DNA of 63,385 nucleotides, counting the filler, from Licmophora abbreviata (taxonomy: Eukaryota): assembly GCA_900291995.1 (NCBI GenBank). It is 7 parts of 7 records of this genome, joined end to end, with 100 filler letters (N's around TTAATTAATTAA, not from the genome) between each part and the next. Parts side by side here need not be neighbours in the genome. Positions count along the whole stretch, not along the records: positions 4,870 to 20,163 come from OLMU01002982.1; positions 20,264 to 39,343 come from OLMU01002983.1; 5 more parts are not named here. The stretch is one strand, 5' to 3'. Positions 11,998 to 21,684 of the stretch are shown piece by piece (position 1 is the first letter of the stretch; the number at the start of each line of letters is the position of its first letter). The notes beneath the pieces were generated by a model. That model was not told where the DNA came from, ran no database searches, and saw only the letters and a program-made list of their open reading frames with translations. The position numbers and the translations under genes are program-made.

Positions 11998-13941
11998 CTA
12001 CTTGCCATGTGGCTTTTGGTCATCTGTCTCTTCAGCACCGTGGTCGCCAATGTCTTCGCTTTCGTCCTCTTCGTTCAGGTCATCGCTCAAGTCATCACCC
12101 ATGTCATTGCTCATGTCGGCATTCATTTTGCTAATAAAATCTTCATCCGTCATATTTTTCCCATACATTGACGAGTCCATGTCTTCATCACCATCCGACA
12201 ATGCATCTGCAGCAGCTTCTGCTAGAGCTGAAATCTTGGTCCGCACTCCTGTATCGTATGCCTCCTTCATTTCGTCCTTGTCCATGGGGTAGCCCAAAAA
12301 GTGGTCCCCGTCCTTGTCACGTCCCAATCGCCAAAGCTCTGCCTCGTGCTCGTCGTTCCACCATGGTGGCAAAGTCTTCGTTTCTTTCATTGCCTTGAGA
12401 AAGCGTTCGAAATGTTCTATGGCGTTTGGACCCAGCTCTTCGGGATCATAAGTCGTGTTCACATCGTCAGCATTTTCAGGTTTTTCGGGGTCATTGTCGG
12501 CGTCTTCTGCGATCTCATCAGCTTCTGCATCACTGTTGTCGGCGTCTTCTTCGTTCTCATCAGCTTCTGCATCAATGTTGTCAGCGTCTTTTTCAACCTC
12601 ATGAGAGTCCTCTTTAATCTCTTCGGATTTATCAATATCGTCAGAGTTTTCATCATGATCGTCAGAGCTTTCATCATCATCGTCAGAGTCGTCGTCAGTA
12701 TCGTCAGCATGGTCATCGGTAACGTCCTCGTCATCTTCAATCTCGTCCTGGAAATCTTCCATCCCGTCAAAGGCCGCACTTCCTTCTTGCGACTTCACAG
12801 CGTCGGCGATCGCCCCGATATATTCGCCTTTCTCTGACGCCATCATGGTACCAAGCCGCGTCGCATCAAGAAGTCTAGCATAAGCTTCTTCGGGATTTTT
12901 GTCCGTGGCCGCTCCCCACCAGTTGCCCTTCTCAATTTGATGCATCATGCCCTCGGCTTGTCTCTCCTCCTCCGCTTCTTCAGCTGTCTTTTTGTTGATT
13001 TGTTTCATCGTTTCCTCTCCCCAGATGGCTTTGGCGTCGTTGATTGCCTTGTCACTGAAGCAAGTAAAAGAGGAACCGCCCTCCTCTCCCATGGACTCAT
13101 CCATGTTTTTGCTCAGGTTCAATATAGACATGTGCACCTCAAACGCCACCATATCCAGACGCCCAAAATCTTCCTTGCCAAGTCGCTTCTGGAGCAACAG
13201 AGGGTCGACGCATCGCTTCATAAAGTGGTCGCCGTTTCGGTTGTTTGCCACGGCCATGAGCGCATCGCGGTGTTTTTGTGACGAGTCGCTGTCCCACCAC
13301 TCTGGAAGCACATCCTGAAGCAGAGTCAAATATCCCAACAACCAACGTTCCGAAGCCCCCTCGTCACCTCCCGCTTCTGCCAACGCTCCGACCATGGCAC
13401 CGTTTCTTGAGTACGCTATTTCGGCAGTGAATCTCGCCGCATCGATGATTCGTTGATAGGCTTCGACCGGAGTGGAGCCGTACCAGTCTCTCAAAAAGCT
13501 GTCGTCGAGTTTCTCGTCCTCATCCTCGTCTTCTTGGCTGTCATCAGTTTGCTTTGTATCGACGTGGTCGTGGTCATGAGAGTGGCCTTGACAGTTGGCG
13601 TGGTCGTGGGCATCTGGGGTGCTGCCGCCCTCTTGCTCGGCTCGACTGTCGGCGGGCGAGACATCCTCGTCGTGCTCTGATCGCTCGGCAAGGATTTCGG
13701 CTTCTGGTAGGTCTTCTTCTTTATCTTCGTTGGATTGAAACAGCGCTTTGGATACGTCTTTATCTCCGGCCAGAACTGTTCCCTGGAACTTCTTCGATGA
13801 AGGAGCCTTCAGGTGACGCGAAGTGCTGCTGATGTAAGAGACCGAAGCGCCTCTCGTCACCATCGGAAGCTCCTGGTGCCGGCAGGGCAGACCCCGCACA
13901 AGGCCTCGGTACGTAGAGCGGAGGAGTGCAGTCCTATTCAT
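11998..13941 (-). CDS. Acidic 647-aa protein with probable mitochondrial presequence and two copies of an 'LPxWW' helical domain
   Basis: Intronless ORF. Arg/Ser-rich, acid-poor N-terminus (MNRTALLRSTYRGLVRGL). Repeats PVEAYQRIIDAARF..LPEWW..GDHF and PEEAYARLLDATRL..LPPWW..GDHF. D/E-rich linkers. Confidence 0.8.
   Translation of the reverse strand: MNRTALLRSTYRGLVRGLPCRHQELPMVTRGASVSYISSTSRHLKAPSSKKFQGTVLAGDKDVSKALFQSNEDKEEDLPEAEILAERSEHDEDVSPADSRAEQEGGSTPDAHDHANCQGHSHDHDHVDTKQTDDSQEDEDEDEKLDDSFLRDWYGSTPVEAYQRIIDAARFTAEIAYSRNGAMVGALAEAGGDEGASERWLLGYLTLLQDVLPEWWDSDSSQKHRDALMAVANNRNGDHFMKRCVDPLLLQKRLGKEDFGRLDMVAFEVHMSILNLSKNMDESMGEEGGSSFTCFSDKAINDAKAIWGEETMKQINKKTAEEAEEERQAEGMMHQIEKGNWWGAATDKNPEEAYARLLDATRLGTMMASEKGEYIGAIADAVKSQEGSAAFDGMEDFQDEIEDDEDVTDDHADDTDDDSDDDDESSDDHDENSDDIDKSEEIKEDSHEVEKDADNIDAEADENEEDADNSDAEADEIAEDADNDPEKPENADDVNTTYDPEELGPNAIEHFERFLKAMKETKTLPPWWNDEHEAELWRLGRDKDGDHFLGYPMDKDEMKEAYDTGVRTKISALAEAAADALSDGDEDMDSSMYGKNMTDEDFISKMNADMSNDMGDDLSDDLNEEDESEDIGDHGAEETDDQKPHGK
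12494..12590 (-). repeat. Coding 42-bp tandem repeat, ~2.3 copies (DADNxDAEADExxE)
   Basis: Units start at 12494, 12536 and 12578 (ttgtcggcgtcttct...atcagcttctgcatca). Confidence 0.85.
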
Positions 13942-14103
13942 CCGTGTCGATATCCTTGTTCACCTTTTGGACGCCACACTTCCTCGTCGGCATGTCATGG
14001 TTCTGCATTGACAATTTCAAATTGACAAAAACGAAAATCGATGGCTGAGAAAAGCGCGCTCGATCTGTTTCCAATTTTCAGAAATCGAAACGCTTCTGGA
14101 ATG

Positions 14104-14111
14104 TGACGTCA
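14104..14111. promoter_or_regulatory. TGACGTCA bZIP (CRE/aureochrome-type) palindrome in divergent promoter of G6PDH-6PGDH
   Basis: gTGACGTCAt about 185 nt upstream of the ATG at 14295; function is inferred only. Confidence 0.35.
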
Positions 14112-14294
14112 TCAATGGACTGTTTCGCGCCGGCCATCTTTGATCTTTCGACTTCCGAAACGTCTCGCGAAGATTCAAGATATGAGATCTTTTCTTTGGA
14201 TCTTTCGGTGATGTTCCAAACTGAAACTGCTTGTGCCGCGATTGTTGCTTGCATTGATCATCTTATTTGCCTCTAGAGCATTGTGGACCAAACA

Positions 14295-17200
14295 ATGACG
14301 TCGCAACAGGCCCTTACGGGAGGAATCGTTCGCTTGGATGCGCTCGATGCGACCCGCGGCCAAGACATGAGCTGGCTGACCGAATCGGGATTGTCCATCG
14401 TCATCGTGGGTGCCTCGGGTGATTTGGCAAAGAAAAAGACCTACCCCTCGCTCCTTAATCTGTACGATGACAACCTGCTTCCCCAAGATACCGTCATTTG
14501 GGGCTTTGCGCGTTCCAAATTGACGCATGATGACTTGCGCGCGAGACTGCGTCCTTTTCTCCTCAAAACGGATCACAGTGAAGCAGTCGTTGACAGCTTT
14601 CTTTCAATCTGCTTTTACCAGGGCGGAACGAGTTACGGAGATGTCGACGCATTTACGACTCTCAAGGGAGAAATTGAAACTCATGAAGCCGAGCATACGG
14701 AAAATAAGCACTTCAATCGACTCTTTTACTTTGCCATCCCTCCCAACGTCTTTGCTGACACTGGAATCGCCATCAAGAAGACATGCATGCAGGACCCAGC
14801 CAAGGGATTTACACGTATCATCGTTGAGAAACCATTCGGCCGTTCCTTGGAGTCATTTGAGGAACTCAACAAGACGCTTTCGGAACACTTCACCGAGGAT
14901 CACCTCTATCGAATCGACCACTACTTGGGAAAGGAAATGGTACAGAATCTCACCGTCTTGCGCTTTTCCAATACATGGTTTGAACGCGCTTGGAGTAAAC
15001 AAGATATTCAGTGTGTCATGCTTACGTTCAAGGAGCCCTTTGGAACCGAGGGGCGCGGTGGATACTTTGACAAGTATGGAATCATTCGTGACATTCTTCA
15101 GAACCACCTGCTTCAGGTGCTCACATTGTTGGCAATGGAAACTCCGACGCGTGTGGAAGGCCCCGGCGCCAGCAAGGCTATTCGCGATGCCAAGGTTGCA
15201 ATCTTGAATGCCACGCAGGAAATCAGACTCGAGGATGCCGTTCTTGGTCAGTACGAGGGATACGCCGACGACCCTACCATTGAAAACAAGGATACGAACA
15301 CGCCTACGTTTGCAATGCTTCGCCTCTGGATCAACACTCCACGCTGGGCGGGTGTGCCGTTCATTCTCAAGGCTGGCAAGGCATTGAATGAACGCAAGGC
15401 TGAGATGCGAATCCAGTTCAAGGACGTCCCTGCAGCATCTTTTCTATTTGATGGAGTCGACTGTCCCCGCAACGAACTCGTCTTGCGTATGCAACCGAAT
15501 GAGGCGGTGTACATGAAGACCAACGTCAAGAGTCCAGGTTTTGCTGCCAAGCCAGTCCAGTCCGAGTTGGAAGTGAACTATGACACTCGATTCTTTTCTC
15601 ACAGCACGGAGTCGAATCCCGACGCATATACGCGTCTCCTCTTGGATGTCTTGCAAGGAAAACATGCTGCCTTTGTGCGTGACGACGAGCTTCGACGTGC
15701 GTGGGAGATCTTTACGCCGCTGCTGCATCGTATCGAAAATGAGAATATCCAGCCCATTATATACAAGCAGGGCTCTCGTGGACCAGTGGAAGCGGATGAT
15801 TTTGTCAAACAACAAGCCGGCTACGTCAGAAACGAGGACTACGTATTTTACGAGCCCGGTGTGGAGCGTCAGACGGACGGTAAAACGGGGCCGTCAATCG
15901 CCGAACTGAGTGTTCCAATGCCAGTCAACGTTGCTGAAGAGGATAAGGCTGAAATCGGGCTGTGGGGTCTGGCGGTGATGGGGCAAAATTTCGCACTTAA
16001 CATGGCGGAACATGGCTTCAAGGTGTGCGTCGGCAACCGGTCCGTGGGAAAGGTAGATGCAACGGTTCAGCGTGCCAAGGACGAGGGTGATCTCCCGATT
16101 ATCGGCGCCAAGGATGCGGGAGATTTCGTCGCTCACTTGAAGAAACCACGCAAAGTGATCATTTTGGTGCAGGCCGGTAAACCTGTTGACGAAACAATCA
16201 CGAAGCTTGCGGCGTACATGGAACCGGGTGATCTCATCATTGATGGAGGAAACGAGTGGTTCCCCAACAGTCAGCGCCGTGCCCAATACCTTTTGACAAA
16301 GAACATAAACTTTATCGGAATGGGTATTTCCGGAGGAGAGGAAGGAGCACGCAAGGGTCCGTCTCTGATGCCTGGTGGCCCGAGGAGCGGCTACGACATG
16401 GTCGAGCCCATCCTCACCGAGTGCGCTGCCCAGGTGGACGGCACCGGAGCTTGCGTCACGTATCTCGGTCCGGTTGGGGCAGGGAATCATGTCAAGATGG
16501 TCCATAATGGCATTGAATACGGCGACATGCAGCTGATTGCTGAGATTTATGATGTGCTCAAGGTGAGTCTCCGTTCTACGGGTCGTCGATAGTTAGTGTG
16601 CGTGCGCCACCTCATGCTATCCTTGTTGGATTCATTCTCGTTTGTTCAACAGAACGTTCTTGGAATGTCCAACGAAGATATGGCGGACCTTTTCGAAGAG
16701 TGGAATAAAACGGAGCTAGATTCCTATTTGATTGAGATTACTGCCAAGATTCTCCGCAAGAAGGACGACCAGACCGATGATGGCTACGTCGTCGATTATA
16801 TTCTGGACAAGACGGGCATGAAAGGAACGGGCCGCTGGACGATTCAAGAGGCCGCGGAACGGGGCGTCGCCGTGCCCACCATGGCGGCGGCGCTTGACGC
16901 TCGCATGTTGAGTGCTCGCAAGGAAGAACGCGAATCTGCATCAGCCATGTTCAGTTCGCCGACGATCGATGGGGTCGACAAGGAACAAGTGCTTGCCGAC
17001 TTGCGCGCTGCTCTGTACGCTTCCAAGATATGCTCGTATGCTCAGGGGTTGAGTCTCATCAAAGCTGCGTCTGACGAATTCGAATGGGACATTGATCTCT
17101 CAGAGTGTGCGCGCATCTGGACTGGCGGCTGCATCATTCGAGCCAAGCTGCTTGGGGAGATTCAACAGGCCTTCGCCGGCAACAAAAGCCTCCCGAATCT

Positions 17201-17510
17201 TCTTGTCGACCCTAGCTTTGCCAATGAGATTAAGGAACGCGTCGTATCGTGGCGACGCGTCGTTGCCCTTTGTGTAACATCGGGTATTGCGGCTCCGTCT
17301 CTGAGCGGCTCGCTCAACTACTTTGACACGTACCGTCGTGCAAAACTCCCAGCGAATCTGACCCAGGCGCAACGTGACTTTTTCGGTGGGCATACTTTCG
17401 AGCGTACCGATATGGACGGTCGCTTCCATACAGCTTGGACAGATGCTCACAAGGACATTGGAGATGCGACGCAACGTACCGCGGGGGAGAACGTCCAGAC
17501 CAAGCTCTAG
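14295..17510 (+). CDS. G6PDH-6PGDH: Glucose-6-phosphate dehydrogenase / 6-phosphogluconate dehydrogenase fusion; exons 14295-16562, 16653-17510
   Basis: G6PDH motifs GASGDLAKKK, EKPFG, RIDHYLGKE, GRGGYFD are followed in the same frame by 6PGDH motifs GLAVMG, ISGGEEGA, KMVHNGIEYGDMQ, GMKGTG, QAQRDFFGGH. Intron 16563-16652. Confidence 0.97.
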
Positions 17511-17692
17511 GTTTTGTAGATTCTAAAGTTGTTTGGTTTGTTTTATGTCAATATGCATGTTAATTCTGAATCGAGTTACGTTGAATAACAGCAACGGGAT
17601 ACACTGTCCGTCATACCAGAAAGACCAAAAACTCTGCGGATGCAGTGTATCATACCAGTATGTTCCAATCCCTTTCAGCGCAATCCTTGCCG

Positions 17693-18933
17693 TTAGGCCG
17701 CTGGCGGCTTGATATTCTTCTTGACAAGTTCCTCCCATCTCGTGTCCATCTCTTGGGAAAGCTTGAGAGGATAAAAGTCTTTTGGAAGAGGCGTCTCGTC
17801 TGGTCCCTCCTTGCCCGTCCCGCACTCTCGATTTACAATGTTCCCAGGCTTGCCGAGTCTGGCGTCGTAGCAGCCGTGGTCGGCCATCAAATGAGCGTGT
17901 TGCGGCAGGGCCGCCACGACGGGATTGATGAAGACTTGCATATTGAGCCAGACGTCTGTGTTACGTATACATGGATGCGGCGTACGAGGGCCAAAAGGCG
18001 TCAGTTTCTTACGCCAAAAATTGCAGTCTTGGTACAGTGAAAAGTCTCGTCACACTTACGTTGCGCATTGTAGTCCTTTCCGTCTGGCCCTAGTGACTTC
18101 CCCCTTTCATTCTTTGCCGCATTGTGTACTGCATTCGTCAAGTCTTCTGAGTAGCGAAAGCCATACATTTCGAACTTTTGAATCCACCACTGGTTGTCAT
18201 GCACTTCGACATGATGCCAGCCACCCCAGCCGCTGTGCGACACAAAGATCAAGGCGGCCTTGCGAAAGGCCGTAATGTAATTCTTGTGAAAGTTCCTGCC
18301 GACATGTTCTAGAAATTCAACACACCACACGGCATCGACAGTGGTGGAAGGCCACCATGGGCCTCTGGAAAAGTCATGTTCGACGACCTGCGTGGGAGGG
18401 TCTGGCAGCATAGTGTTGACGACAGCGTCGTGACTGCCTTCTACACAGTGGGTGTCGACTCCATGCAGGACAAACCACGACGTCGATATCCCACGTCCAC
18501 AGCCGACGTCCAGCAAGGACTTGACGCCCAGTTTGGTGATCATGTACTTCCATGTTTCCGGAGACACGCCCATGCCGTCGTACTCGACAAAGCCGCCGAG
18601 GTGTTTCTTGTCTCCGACGCCTCCGTAGAACTTGCGATCGATGGTCTCTTCCTCTTCCTTCGTGACTCGTACGGAGGGGAGAGCTTGAGCAGGGCCTTTA
18701 TGGAAGTCTAGTGAGAAGAGAGCCGCTGTGGAATCTGCATCAGTGGCGGATCCGTCCACCAAGGACGTCAAGGAGGCCGTAGTGTACATGGAGCTGAGAT
18801 CCTTCTGGACAAAGTTGTAGGTGAGCTGAAAGACCAGCGCATTCGACAGCAACAGCACCCACAGCGACACTGTGTTGCACCTCCCACTACCCGCAGATGT
18901 CTTGCCAGCGGGCGAACGACTCATGGCAGCCAT
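17693..18933 (-). CDS. Class I SAM-dependent methyltransferase with N-terminal signal anchor; exons 18933-18060, 17955-17693
   Basis: LLDVGCGRG motif I, VEGS, CVEFLEHV, GWHHV. TM SLWVLLLSNALVFQLTY. Intron 18059-17956 (GTAAGT..ACAG) gives AQHVWLNMQVF. Confidence 0.85.
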
Positions 18934-19129
18934 GCTGGTGACTTTCTAGTTCAAACGCAAGCAGCCGCACTGATCCCGTCGCCCGTCGCTGTCGGTCATT
19001 GTGGATTGTTTGAGATGACAGATGACACGTCGAGGCAATCGACTCGTTCGACCCAGATCGACAAATTCCAGATTCCAAATTCACCTCTTCACAAACTAAA
19101 TTGAAAATTCGAAAATTCACATCGCGACC

Positions 19130-21137
19130 ATGACGACGACCGATGCGGCCTGCTGCTCGAAGCAACGACGACGTTTGTCGGTTTCAGTGCGAGCGGTGCT
19201 TTCAACAGCCGCATTGTCATCCTGTCTCCTTGCAGTGGAAGCGGGGGGACGCTTTCGGGCGATTGACGTCTTGAATAAAAACGACAAGAAGCGACGACTC
19301 TCATCCTATTTGGATTCGCCATCACCGGCAGCACATGAACATGTCCAGGAATTATTCATCACACAGCCGCTGGATCACTTCGAATCTCTCCCTCGTTCTC
19401 GTCAATCTCCGTCAGACTTCCAGCAACGCTACTTTTATTCAGATCGCTATGCAAAGACAACGAAGGACGTCGACGCACCACCGCCCACCAACACCTATGC
19501 CTTTCTGTGCGTCGGAGGCGAAGGCCCGGCTCTCGACAAGTCTGTATTGGTCGATTCCGTGCACTGCTCTGGCGACATGCTAGCACTGGCCCGGATGCTT
19601 CATACACAGCAGAATGCTGTTGTCCACCTCTTTGCGCTCGAGCACCGCTACTATGGAAACTCCTACCCGCTCTTTGTCGATCCACAAACCAACCAATCAA
19701 CATCGCCCGTGACAAATCAACATCTCGTCCATCTCTCCTCCAGGCAGGCACTCGCCGATATCGCTGACTTTGTTAACACCATGAACGACCACCACGATCT
19801 TATAATTGGAATACGAAACCCTCCTATCATCAAATGGATTACTTTCGGCGGGAGCTATCCGGGCATGCTCGCCGCATGGGCCCGACTCGAGTATCCGTCC
19901 TTGATTCATGCCGCCGTCAGCAATTCTGCGCCAGTGCAAGCGACATTGGACTTTCACCTGTACAACCATCGTGTTGCCTATGATTTGCAGTACGAAACGA
20001 TTGGTGGCAGTACAGAGTGTTTGAATCTAGTCAAGAACGGACACCAGGAGCTTGCTCGAACGTTAAGGACGCCAGACCAGTATGAATCGATTGCGAGTCT
20101 CTTTGATGTTTGCAATGCAACATCCTTATCCAATATTGACAACGTCAGACTCTTCCTGGGAGANNNNNNNNNNNNNNNNNNNNNNNNNNNNNNNNNNNNN
20201 NNNNNNNTTAATTAATTAANNNNNNNNNNNNNNNNNNNNNNNNNNNNNNNNNNNNNNNNNNNNGATGTTTGCAATGCAACATCCTTATACAATATTGACA
20301 ACGTCAGACTCTTCCTGGGAGATGGGGTCATTGAGATTCCGGCGCAGTCGAATGACCCGAGTTGCGACGAGCCGCTGTGTAACATTGACAAGGTAAGATA
20401 TGGAGATGTCGTGTGTCGTGTTTTGTACGACATACGCGTTTGGGCTTAACCACACTGAGCTGGTCTTCAATCCTACTCTTTCCTCACAGCTATGTCAAGC
20501 CATGTTGTACGAGCAACAAAACAAGTCTTCTTCCACGCCCATGCAAGTTCTGGCGTCCATTGCTCGTTTGCAGCGCGCCATCAACAATGAAACGGACTGT
20601 CTCATGCTTGACTGGAACGCTACGTTGAACGAATTGGCGTCTCCCAATGCATCGCGGGCCGATGGATTGCGCTCATGGCTGTGGCAAACTTGCTCGGAAT
20701 TTGGTTTCTACCAAACGTGTGAAATGAATTCGATGTGTCCATTTGGACAAAGCTATCATCCGCTCAGTCTGGACCTGGATATCTGCAACTTTGCCTTCGG
20801 GGTGGATTCTGATCATGTCAGAAATAATGTCAAGCGCTCATTAGACTACTACGGTGGGTGGAATATGAGCGCGACACGGATATTGTCTGTGAATGGAGAT
20901 TGCGATCCGTGGTCGGCGCTGGCCATGACGACGTCCGTCGATCGAGGCCACGACGAACAGCTGCCGACCCACTGGGTCAAGGGCGCGAGCCATCATTTCT
21001 GGACGCATTCCATTAAGCGTTCCGATGGTGCAGATGTGGAGGAAGCTCGAATCTTGATTTTCGCCAAAGTTATGCAATGGTTGGAGGAGGCACCGGATGA
21101 ATACCCGCTTCCTTCTGTCGCCGCCGAAAAACAATAG
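19130..21137 (+). CDS. Secreted/lysosomal serine carboxypeptidase, family S28; spans gap 20164-20263; intron 20393-20489
   Basis: QPLDHF, FQQRY, GGEG, LEHRYYG, SSRQALAD, nucleophile WITFGGSYPG, WLWQTCSEFGFYQT, NGDCDPW, ASHH. Confidence 0.93.
20164..20263. other. Artificial linker at a negative gap (flanking contigs overlap by ~59 nt)
   Basis: N44-TTAATTAATTAA-N44; 20105-20163 is repeated at 20264-20322. Confidence 0.97.
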
Positions 21138-21684
21138 TATCATAGACATGCGGTACCAGATAGCCGGGACGTGTCAGCGCCAAATAAGCCACAATGCTGT
21201 TAGAGACGCATTCCACTCTATGCGATCTTGCCGATAGCAGCATGCTTTTAGGCCTAGTTAGTTTAACACTGTGTAGGATAAGAAGACAGTTTGCGGTTTG
21301 AAAGTTACTACGAATCGACACCAACCCGACTTGCGGCTCGACCTGTGATTGGTGAGTTTGAAACGGAATGTATCCCAACAAATTGAAAATGTCAATGGCG
21401 CGCCAGCAGCTTTTTATAATATACATGTTAAAACTAATTACAATAGGAATTCGGGACATCCTTGCTGTATGCGAATAGCCGTGAACGTGGCTGGCTGGCG
21501 TGATTCGAAGTTTCGAAGTTGACGAGATCGCGCGCGCCACAAGACACACGCATGAATCGCAGCACATCGAAACAGAACTCAACCAAGCGGAAACCCAACT
21601 CTTGCCGTGCCGGGTACGACTGATTTTGTCAGGCGATACCGATTGAAGGTACTCCAAAGCAGCAAGCTTTGATTTAAGCTCAGC

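Noticed and set aside
12002..12837. Ser-rich and hydrophobic plus-strand ORFs, and a Thr/Met/Leu-rich minus-strand ORF
   Set aside because: Alternative-frame readings of the Asp/Glu-rich repeat region of the 647-aa gene.
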